DNA of 64,000 nt from Candidatus Aenigmatarchaeota archaeon (GTDB lineage: Archaea; Aenigmatarchaeota; Aenigmatarchaeia; QMZP01; QMZT01). The position numbers and the translations under genes are program-made. This document shows, one piece after another, positions 30,728 to 41,562 of the stretch (positions within the stretch are counted from its first letter, which is position 1; the number at the start of each line of letters is the position of its first letter). Under the pieces are notes generated by a model. The model made no database searches. It was not told the origin of the DNA and was given only the letters and a program-made list of their open reading frames with translations. The stretch spans positions 448,001 through 512,000 of the forward strand of contig CAVSBQ010000002.1 of NCBI GenBank assembly GCA_963726265.1. Direction: 5' to 3'.

Positions 30728-31627
30728 TCACAACAGCTGCGTGAGCAGGATGCCGGCTATTATGAGAACGATGCCCGCGATCTTCTGCAGCGACGCTTTC
30801 GTATCGAAATCCTCTTTCAGCAGATGCGGGAAATAACGCGTAAGCAAAAAAGCGGAAATGAATATGAATATGACCATCATGTTTCCGGCCGCCTCAACGA
30901 GCGTGACCGGCCCGAGGCTTATGGCAATATAGTTGAATATGAACGCGAGAACTGATGTTATTGCATCCAGAAAGATTAGCATTTTGCCTGTCCGATCGAG
31001 CTTTTTCATGCAAGTTTTCGCATTCTTCCTCACGTCGCGCAGTAAGAGCAAAGATGATATTATCGCTATATTAAGCAGCCATAACAGAATGGAGGCTCCC
31101 CAGTATTCCGTGCCGGACAGAACGAATTTCATTATGACATAGGAAACAGCAATCAAAAAACTTGATGCCGCCACCAGCCAGAAAATCCGTTCGACCTTGA
31201 GCAGCTTTGACATGCTCTTTGATGATATTACCAGCCCGCCCAAGACAATGACCACGAATCCTACGTAGTCAAAAAAACCAAGGACTTCTCCTATGAACAA
31301 AAACGAGATGAAAAGCACGAAAACGGGAATGAACTGGTAAAGAGGCAGGACTCTCGATGCTTCGCCTGCCTGCAAGGCCCTGTAAAAAAGTATTGTGCCC
31401 GCGGTGGAAAACAGCCCGGCCACGAATATCCAGCCTGCAAACTGCGGGCCAGGCATGGAAAATCCCATGAAAAGCGCGATAAAGCATATCGGTATTATGG
31501 ACGTTGCTCTCACAAAAATGGGCAGGACGATAGGCTTGTTCACTTTTTTGTCCACCAGGAACTTGTCCAGCATGTCCGTCGCTGTGTAAGCCAGCGCCGC
31601 CAGAACCACGAAATAAATCCAGTCCAT
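30728..31627 (-). CDS. EamA/DMT family transporter
   Basis: about 10 TM, YRALQAGEASRV.P, two-fold repeat. Confidence 0.88.
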   Translation of the reverse strand: MDWIYFVVLAALAYTATDMLDKFLVDKKVNKPIVLPIFVRATSIIPICFIALFMGFSMPGPQFAGWIFVAGLFSTAGTILFYRALQAGEASRVLPLYQFIPVFVLFISFLFIGEVLGFFDYVGFVVIVLGGLVISSKSMSKLLKVERIFWLVAASSFLIAVSYVIMKFVLSGTEYWGASILLWLLNIAIISSLLLLRDVRKNAKTCMKKLDRTGKMLIFLDAITSVLAFIFNYIAISLGPVTLVEAAGNMMVIFIFISAFLLTRYFPHLLKEDFDTKASLQKIAGIVLIIAGILLTQLL

Positions 31628-31660
31628 CTATATAATTTCTGATAATTCGTTTAAAACCAG

Positions 31661-31765
31661 AATGAGGCATCCAAGGCATTTTGATCAGGGCAGCTAAATT
31701 ACAACCCTGAATCACGGGGGCTGATCAGCACACCCTTCTGACCAAGCCTTGGACTCGATTGCTAA
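31661..31765 (-). ncRNA. candidate structured small RNA of unknown family
   Basis: TCCAAGGC/GCCTTGGA closing stem with two internal hairpins; TATA-like TTTAAAAA on minus strand at about 31790-31797. Confidence 0.45.
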
Positions 31766-31934
31766 CTAATTAATAATTTGTCTGGGAGTTTTTTAAACAT
31801 TTCCGTTTGTGAAAATAGATTTTTGGAAATATACAAATCAAAGTATTCTTTTTTGTCTTTATTTTTGTCAATTAGAGCTTCCGCTGATAGCGGTTCAAAT
31901 GAAAAAAATAGAAATTAGGCGAGTTGTCCTTTTG

Positions 31935-34900
31935 ACAAGGATCTGTCAGGGTATTGGTTAACGTGGGCTGAATGCCTCGCCGAAGCTTGGCACTTACACC
32001 CCGTTTCCATCAACCTCGTCGTATACGAGACCTTCCAAGGCGCGCCGATACTCGCGTATCAGTTTGCCCAACGGTTACCTATTTTCAGGAGAGGCTTCAG
32101 GCTTAGATGCTTTCAGCCCTTATCCTCAGTGACGTAGCTACCCGGCAGTGCAGGCACAACCGGTACACCAGAGGTCACAACGCACTGTTCCTTTCGTACT
32201 ATGTGCATTCTCCCCTCAGGTAACCAACACCTTCAGCAGATATAGACCATACTGGCTCGCACCGTATTTAACCCAGCTAGCGTGGCTCTTTAATGAGTGA
32301 ACACCTCCACCCTTGGACGCTGCTGCACGTCCAGGAAGAGCCGAGCCGACGGCGGAGAAGCAACGAGCGCGGTCGATTTGACCTCTCACTTCCCGATATT
32401 TTCATCACCGCGGCTTTCGAAAAAGCCGCGGCTCAATAGCCAACAGGTTATAACCTGCTGCTGTCCTGACAAAAAATTTGATACGCACTAAGGCGTACCA
32501 TCTTCTTGTCCTGACTTCGAGAACGAGAAATGAGTTATGGACTCTCACGCGCCACGACTCCATTACCCCCAAGGTAACTTTTCTGACAGAGCTGGCTCCC
32601 AGCTAATGGAGACACAGCGGATCGCTAGGCCACGCTTTCGCGTTAGGATTCCTCGCCTTGCGGAATCCTATCAGGCCGGCTTTTGCCCTTGCACTCTAAA
32701 TTCCGATTTCTGACCGGAATGAGCCGACCTTAGGGCGCCTCTGATCCTTTATCAGAGGCGTACCGCCCCAGCCAAACTGCCCATCAATTGCTGTCCCCCT
32801 AAAGGTAAGCAATATGTTAACGGTGGGTTGGTGTTACATTGACGCCTTCCCCAAACCCGAAGACTTGGGTGCGATGCTCCCAACTACACTATGCGACCAT
32901 CAACATACCGCAACAACAGACTGCAGTAAAGTTCTATGGGGTCTTCTCGTCCCGCTGAAGGACTCCGGGTTATTCGCCGGACAACTAAGTTCGCTAGGTG
33001 TCAGGTCAAGACAGTGGGGATGTCGTTAAGCCATTCATGCAGGTCGACAATTAATCGACAAGGGATTACGCTACCTTAAGACGGTCAGAGTTACCGCCGC
33101 CGTTTACCGGGGCTTGGCTGGTTTTGGCCAGTTTAACACACCGGCACTGGGCAGGCATCAGGAGCTATACAAAGCGTTTCCACCTAGCAGCCCCCTACGT
33201 TTTTGTTAAACAGTCGCAACCCCCTTGTTACTGAGACCTACTCGTTCTGTCTGAGACAGAGGAGTAGGCACCCCTTATACCGAAGGTACAGGGCCAATTT
33301 GCCGAATTCCTTGACCTGACTTCTCCTAATACACCTTCGCCTTTTCAGCGAGGGGCACCAGTGACGGTTCTCGGTACGGTCATGAAAGATCCATTCAGAT
33401 TCCCTTTTCACCGATTCCAGGAGTCAACCGAACGGACATACGCCCGCTATTTCTGGTTTCGCCTGCTTCTCACCATTACGGTACTCCACAGGTTTCGCCA
33501 GTTAATCACCGAAGTGATCGGCATATCCCAAAATGTCAGGAATCAGACTTGTGTCGCCACACGTACTTCCATGGTGCAGGAATATTAACCTGCTTCCCTT
33601 TCGATAAGTTCCAGTTGGGGCTTGTCTTAGGACCGACTAACCCTCAGATGACGACCATTGCTGAGGAACCCTTGCCCTTTAGGTGGTGGAGTGTCTCACT
33701 CCACTATTGTTGCTACTATCAGCAAGATCCTTGTTCCTGTAAGGTCCATTCCCTCTTACGAAGAAACTTCTGCCCTACCAGGACACCTCTCTACCATAAT
33801 CCTTTCGGAATCTAAGATATCGGTACCAAACTTAGTCCCGTCCATTTTCAAGGCCCTCAACCTAGATAGGTGAGCTATTACGCTTTCTTTGAAGGGTGGC
33901 TGCTTCTAAGCCGACCTCCCTATTGTCTATGGGTGAAGACGCTTTTCATCACTTAGCTTGGATTTAGGGACCTTAATCTTAGGCTGGGTTCTTGCCCTTT
34001 CGGATACTGAGCTTACCCCAGTACCCCCACTCCGGCCTTCTACGGAGGATGGTAGATTCCGAGTTTGACAGTGCAACTGAACCTTTCGGTTCTTGGTTGC
34101 CCAATCAGTATCTATACCCTGCCATCTTCCTCCGGCCAGGCTATGCTGAGGCATATTTCGAGAGGAACCAGCTATTGCTGAACGCGATTAGCATTTCACT
34201 CCTAGCCCCAGGTCACGTGAGCGATTTGAATCTCAGCATCTCTATCGGGCCTCCATCTAGCTTTCGCCAGACTTCACCCTGCCAAGGGCTAGATCGTCCA
34301 GCTTCAGGTCTTACCCCTGTGACTTTAGGCTCTTTCAAACCTGACCGCCTGACGGCACAAAGCCGATGCGCGGTTCTTGCTTTCGCTGCGGGTACTTGAA
34401 TTACCCTCGCCACAGAAATAAACTCCTTGCCGCGTGTTTCCGCACGGGCGACAAAACTCCTGCAAGCAGGAGCCTTGCCTACCTATAATTACATGGTTTC
34501 AGGCTCTTTTCATCTCCGGTTAGAGATACTTTTCATTTTTCCGTCACCGTACTAGTGCGCTATCGGACTCGGGGTGTATTTAGGATTGGGAGTTACTGGC
34601 TCCCGTATTCCCAATGGATTTTCAACCAATGGTACTCTGGATACCCGCTATCAACCTTCTTCCTTGCTCATACGGGGCTATCACCCTCTACGGCAGATCT
34701 TTCCAGATCACTTTTGATTGAGAAGTTAGGCTGAGCACGGGTCCGAACCCCACATCTCTCCTGGCTTTCACCAAGAGATTCGGTTTGTCCTTTTCCCTTT
34801 TCAATCGCCTCTACTAGGGGAATCACGATTGTTTTCTTTTCCGGCCCTTACTAAGATGTTTCAATTTAGGGCGTCACCGATGACCCGAAGGTCAACGACA

Positions 34901-35033
34901 TATGTCAGGAAGTCCCATTAGGAGATCCCGGGTTCAAAGGCTGCTTGCGCCTACCCCGGGCATATCGCAGCTTGCCACGTCCTTCTTCGGCCCCCGAACC
35001 AAACCATCCACCACGTAACGTAGCAGATCCTTT
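31935..35033 (-). rRNA. rrl: 23S rRNA (ends approximate; contains one intron)
   Basis: recognisable P-loop, A-loop, H69, GTPase centre and SRL; flanked by processing stem 31916-31945 / 35024-35053 with perfect BHB (UGAC/GUCA, AAA bulges). Confidence 0.97.
32378..32536 (-). other. 159-nt BHB intron in 23S helix 89 loop (after E. coli 2477)
   Basis: removal restores GAGUCCAU|AUCGAC colinear with E. coli; 11-bp closing stem; bulges AUA and AAA predict the same cut sites; no ORF. Confidence 0.88.
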
Positions 35034-35564
35034 TTGTCAGGACAACTCGCCTATGTTTCATCATCAAGGAACTCAAATGGTGTTCACTTTTTCATAGAAA
35101 GCGAAAGACGCAAGCTCGCGCATGCGTCTGTCTGCCTCCTCAAGTGACTGTCTGAAGAGTCATCATTCCTCTCCAATCCACCCGCCAAAATTTATTGGCG
35201 AGCTTCATATACCGACATGCAGAATTGCATCGCCGCATACCGGTTTCTTTGTAATTTGGTTAACATGAACTAGCTACCAATAGCTTGTTCAGAATAAGAC
35301 AGACATACTCGCGTACGCCACCCTCTGACTGCATGACCTCTTTCCCTGTCACGGATCAAAGGCCAAGTCTCTGAACAGCTTTGGATAGCCATTGTTAGGA
35401 AACGTATTGCATCACTGCAAGTTTCCGTAAGCGTGAGCAACTATTATATTGTCCCGGGACATTTAAATACATTTCTGGGCCAGTTTTCAGTTGCCGTTTC
35501 TTGCTTTCGTTTTCCGCTAATTCCGCTTCAGCGGAATCTTAAGCCTTTTTTTAAAAGGCTTTTA

Positions 35565-35724
35565 TGGACCGAGTGGGAATTCCACGCCCGCCCAAGCCGA
35601 CCGTTGCGGGTTCGTGTTGGGCGAGGTTTTGAACCCACGGCCTCTCGCTTGCAAAGCGAGCGATCTGTGGCGATTGAAGCAGACCTCGTCTGCTTCACCT
35701 TAATTACCGCTGATCTATCGGCCC
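35565..35724 (-). tRNA. tRNA-Ala(TGC) in the 16S-23S spacer with two non-canonical introns (D-loop 35667-35705; T-loop 35579-35627)
   Basis: GGGCCGA/TCGGTCC acceptor with G3:U70, CTCGC TT TGC AA GCGAG anticodon arm, BHB-like motifs at both introns. Confidence 0.92.
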
Positions 35725-35815
35725 ATGCGTTTCGAAGGATGCAGAATCTCATTCTGCATCGGTTTGTTAGATGTGATTTCGCAGGAGATTGTATTGAGAA
35801 AGCGAGATATATATA

Positions 35816-37373
<1,558 letters not shown>

Positions 37374-37524
37374 TAGAAATTGGCAGGTTGTAGCTCCTTT
37401 ATAAATCTCGCTAATTTCTCACAATCTCCTACTTCAAACTTAATTGTTTTCTTGAAATTAAGCTCACATCTTCGCCATAGCTGCCGAGTCTGCGGCATCT
37501 ATGAGCATATATAATATAGAGCGA

Positions 37525-37545
37525 GGTCTTTTTAAACGTTATTGC
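37525..37545 (-). promoter_or_regulatory. putative rRNA operon TATA box
   Basis: minus strand GTTTAAAAA about 160 nt upstream of the 16S 5' end. Confidence 0.5.
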
Positions 37546-37634
37546 CTTCCTTTCGGTCAAAAGCTTTTTCTTAAAAATCGCCAGAACTATTATTTATTAT
37601 AACCAACCAACAATTTAACTAATCACGTGGCTGC

Positions 37635-39092
37635 ATGGAAAAAAAAGACGCCAAAAGGCCGGGGAAGGAGGAGCTGGAGCAGCTGAAAGTCTCGAAGGCC
37701 GGCGATTTTTCCGAGTGGTATAACCAGGTCGTCCAGAAAGCGGGCCTGGCTGACTACGCCCCGATAAGCGGCTGCATGATTATCAGGCCATACGGCTTCG
37801 CCATATGGGAGAAAATACAAAGCTGGTTCGACGAAAGGATAAAGGCAACCGGCGTAGTGAATGCGTATTTCCCGATTTTCATCCCCGAACGCTTCCTGAA
37901 GAAGGAGAGCGAGCACTTCGAGGGCTTCATGCCCGAGGTCGCGTGGGTGGAGAAGAAAGACGCAGGCGAAGAACGCTACGCCCTCCGCCCGACCTCCGAG
38001 ACCATCATGTATGATTCTTACGCGAAGTGGATACGCTCGTGGCGTGACCTTCCCCTTCGCATAAACCAGTGGTGCAACATAATCCGCTGGGAAGTCAAGG
38101 CCACGAGGCTTTTCCTGAGGACCAGGGAATTCCTGTGGCAGGAAGGCCACACCGCGCACGCGACGGAAGAGGAATGCGAAAAAGAAGTCGCGTTGCGAGC
38201 GGAACAGTATAAGGAGCTCATAGAAACGCAGCTGGCCATCCCGGTCGTCATGGGCAAGAAGTCACGAAGCGAAACGTTCGCCGGCGCGGACTACACCATC
38301 GCCCTCGAAGCGCTGATGCCTGACGGACGAGGGCTGCAGATGGCGACGTCGCACAAGCTCGGCCAGCATTTCGCCAAGGTCTTCGGCATAAAGTTCATGG
38401 ACAAGGAAGGCAAGGAGAAGCTTGTGTGGCAGACGTCCTGGGGTCTCACGACGAGAACGATAGGCGCAATAACCATGATGCACGGCGACGACAAAGGTCT
38501 CGTGCTTCCGCCGAAAATCGCGCCCACACAAATCGTCATAGTCCCGATTTACGACAACGAGACGAAAGCGACAGTCATCAGGGAAAGCGAAAAAATCAGG
38601 AAAAAACTGGAAACGCAATTCAGAGTGCACCTCGACGACAGGGATTCCTATTCGCCGGGGTGGAAGTTCAACGAATGGGAGCTCAAGGGCGTGCCGCTGC
38701 GCATAGAGATCGGCCCGCGCGACATAAAGAGCAGGCAGGCCGTCCTCGTGAGACGCGACACTCGGGAGAAGAAGCCGGTCAAGGAAAGCGAGCTCGAAGA
38801 TGCGGCCGGAAAGACGCTCGACCTCATGCAGGAGCACCTTTACAGGAAAGCGAAGGAATTCCTGGCGGACAACATAAAGGACGCGAGGAGCTTCGACGAG
38901 CTGGAAAAGCTGATAGCGAACAAAAAGATGGTCCGCGCCCACTGGTGCGGCTATGCCGAATGCGAAGAGAAGGCGAAGGAAAAAACCACCGCCACAATAA
39001 GATGCATAGAGAACGAGCATGCGAAAGAGGGAAAATGCGCCGTCTGCGGCAAGCCGGCGAAAGCGACCGTCTATTTCGCGAAGGCGTACTGA
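37635..39092 (+). CDS. proS: proline--tRNA ligase (archaeal/eukaryal type)
   Basis: LRPTSET, FLRTREFLWQEGHT, QTSWG, HGDDKGL, C-terminal FAKAY. Confidence 0.97.
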   Translation: MEKKDAKRPGKEELEQLKVSKAGDFSEWYNQVVQKAGLADYAPISGCMIIRPYGFAIWEKIQSWFDERIKATGVVNAYFPIFIPERFLKKESEHFEGFMPEVAWVEKKDAGEERYALRPTSETIMYDSYAKWIRSWRDLPLRINQWCNIIRWEVKATRLFLRTREFLWQEGHTAHATEEECEKEVALRAEQYKELIETQLAIPVVMGKKSRSETFAGADYTIALEALMPDGRGLQMATSHKLGQHFAKVFGIKFMDKEGKEKLVWQTSWGLTTRTIGAITMMHGDDKGLVLPPKIAPTQIVIVPIYDNETKATVIRESEKIRKKLETQFRVHLDDRDSYSPGWKFNEWELKGVPLRIEIGPRDIKSRQAVLVRRDTREKKPVKESELEDAAGKTLDLMQEHLYRKAKEFLADNIKDARSFDELEKLIANKKMVRAHWCGYAECEEKAKEKTTATIRCIENEHAKEGKCAVCGKPAKATVYFAKAY

Positions 39093-39143
39093 ATGGCTTC
39101 AGAACGAGGTTTCGTTTTAGGATAAAGCTTTATCCTAAAAACT

Positions 39144-40323
39144 TTAGCTCCAGCCTCTTCTGTTGGCGCTTGCCTTTCGGCCGAATGCGAATTTTATAAG
39201 AAGCGGCGAGACCGCGTTTATGAGGACGAAAGATGCGATGAGGCCAAGGTAGAAGACGGGACTGAGCTTCGTCACTGCAATCGCCACTATGACAGCCGTC
39301 ATCTCGGAAAGCGTCACGAAGCCTGACGTGAGCTTGAGCGCATCGGCCATGCTGTAGCGGAAAACCTTGAACGCCGCCAGCGCAGTGACGACTTTTATGC
39401 CGACTATTATGCCCATTATCATCAGTATCGGTATTATCTGGTCGGCGGCGGCAAGGAGGTTTATCGAAAGCCCGACCGAGGCGAAGAATATGGGTATGAA
39501 GAAGTTCTCCCCTATCTCCTTGACCTTCCTCTTTATTACAGGATACTGGGCGCTCCTGCACAAGCAGCATCCCGGCGATGAATACCCCCAGAACCGAAGC
39601 GAGGTTAAGGCCCTGAGTTATGCTGCCCAGAGCAAACGCCAGCAGCATAGTGAAGGCGAATAAAGCGTCTTCGATTCCGTACTTCTGTATTGAGCCGGTA
39701 AGCCTCGTGACTGTCTTGAAGCCCACGCGGCTCATGAGTACGAAAAGCCCGATGACGAGAAGGATGGTCGTGAATACCGGCCACAGCGTTATTTCCGAGC
39801 CCGTCATGATGTTGGCTATGATGGCAACGCTGACTATCGCGACGACTTCGTCGACGACCTCCAGCCCTATGAGCGTCTGGCCCTCATGCGTGCTCAGCTG
39901 CTTGGTGTCGGAAAGCGTGCGCGCGACTATCGCGGTGCTGGCTATCGCTATGACCGTCCCCATCACGACCGTAGTGTATATGTCCCAGCCGAAAACCAGG
40001 CTCGCGCCGTAGACGGCCACTATGACAAAGATGACCCTGGTAAGCTCTATCCAGCTGAAGCGCTCTGCGCGTCCTTCGAGGATTTTCCAGTCTATGCTCA
40101 GGCTCACGAGAAGTATCATGAACAGGAGGCCGAGCTCAGAAATGGTCGTTATGAGGCTCGTGGGAGCCACCAGCGCCAGCAGCGAAGGTCCTAGTATGAT
40201 GCCCGCCACCAGCTCGCCTATCACGCTGGGCTGCTTGAGCTTGCTGAATAAAATGCCGCATACCTTTGCCCCGAAAAGCAGCAGCGCCAAACCAAGCAGA
40301 GGGTCAAGTATCATATTTTCCAT
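39144..40323 (-). CDS. cation:proton antiporter (CPA2), frameshifted near 39560
   Basis: PSVIGELVAGIILGP in first frame, FFIPIFFASVGL in second frame. Confidence 0.82.
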
Positions 40324-40513
40324 TCACCGGGCAATTTGCCGATTATTATATTACAACCCAGGCAGCCAAACAAGAACTGTTCTGGATATTTTAAGTTAAC
40401 CCCGCGCCCTCTTAAATAGCTTTAAGCTTTTTTGAAAATCAGCGGAAAAACGTAAAATGTAATTTTTAATAATCTATATACTATCTAATTATTACATCCG
40501 GGAATCAAAACAT

Positions 40514-40647
40514 GCGGAGGTAACAAATCGGCTATGTGGCCGGCTGCAGCGGCGAAGCCAGTGGCTTAAAGCACGATGGGCGCAGATGAAATCTGCGTCA
40601 TTCGCAGCAGATACCGGCATAGGGGGGTTCGACTCCCTCCCTCCGCT
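40514..40647 (+). tRNA. tRNA-Cys(GCA) with 63-nt intron at 37/38 (40550-40612)
   Basis: GCGGAGG/CCTCCGC acceptor with U73, GCCGG/CCGGC anticodon stem, perfect BHB CTGC/GCAG with bulges AGC and ATA. Confidence 0.92.
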
Positions 40648-40685
40648 TTTAATCTTTTAAACGTTTGATAAATTTGTGATAAGCT

Positions 40686-41558
40686 GTGGAAGTTGAAATA
40701 TTATACGCAATCGTGGCTTCTGTGATATGGGGCGGCATGTTCGCCGTTTCAAAGAACGTCAAGACAAACCAGATATTCCAGAACGTTTACATAACAGCAG
40801 GCGGCTTCGCGACGGCTCTGATAGTTTCTGTAATGATGCGACCCATATTAACAACCGAAACTTTATTGGCCGGCCTGGCTTCCGGCGTGCTTTGGGCATG
40901 CGCCAGTTTGTCATTCCTTTATGCGATGAAATACATCGGGATAGGAAGAGCCCTTCCTATGTCGGTTTCAGGTCAGATACTGGTATCATTCTTATGGGGC
41001 GCGCTGCTTTTTGGTGAAATAATTTACTCGGGCATGCTGAACATACTGATGGCTTTGGCTGCGATATTTTTGATATGCGCCAGCGCTTTTATCGTCAGCA
41101 GAACCAAAGAAAATGTAAATGCGAAAAATTTCAAGACGGGCATTTTAGCTGCCTTTTTATCTTCTTTGTTCTGGGGAACACAGTTCGTGCCTGTCAAGCT
41201 TGTTGCAGCTGACGCAGTTGCCGTCATGGCACCCCTTGCGGCAGGCATGCTGCTGACGGCCTCAATCACCGCTTTCGTGAAATTCGGCAAACGTATCAAC
41301 CTTTCATACAGCGGCAAAGAGAGAAATGTTCTAAACGGCTTACTTTGGGCGGTTGGTAATTATCTGGCCCTTTTTGCAATAGCCGCAATAGGCATGGCCA
41401 GGGGTTACGTGCTGACGCAGATAGGCGCCATAATCATACCTCCCCTGCTCGGCGTGTTCTATTTCAGGGAAATCAGGGAAAGAAGAAATTATCTGCTGCT
41501 TTTCCTGGCAACGATAATAATAATGGCAGGCACAGTGCTGATGACTTTTGCAAAATAA
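40686..41558 (+). CDS. DMT superfamily transporter (GlcU/GRP sugar-uptake-like)
   Basis: about 10 TM, SGVLW, IGIGRALP.S; GTG start. Confidence 0.75.
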   Translation: MEVEILYAIVASVIWGGMFAVSKNVKTNQIFQNVYITAGGFATALIVSVMMRPILTTETLLAGLASGVLWACASLSFLYAMKYIGIGRALPMSVSGQILVSFLWGALLFGEIIYSGMLNILMALAAIFLICASAFIVSRTKENVNAKNFKTGILAAFLSSLFWGTQFVPVKLVAADAVAVMAPLAAGMLLTASITAFVKFGKRINLSYSGKERNVLNGLLWAVGNYLALFAIAAIGMARGYVLTQIGAIIIPPLLGVFYFREIRERRNYLLLFLATIIIMAGTVLMTFAK

Positions 41559-41562
41559 GCGG

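Noticed and set aside
30367..30955. Several overlapping short ORFs
   Set aside because: They overlap the RNase P RNA and the EamA gene and show no protein motifs
31661..31765. 5S rRNA or TPP riboswitch
   Set aside because: Too short and lacks 5S loop motifs and the TPP consensus; kept only as an unknown RNA candidate
32030..32075. Additional 23S intron near the 3' end
   Set aside because: Falls in the variable helix 98 region and no BHB was seen; treated as an expansion segment
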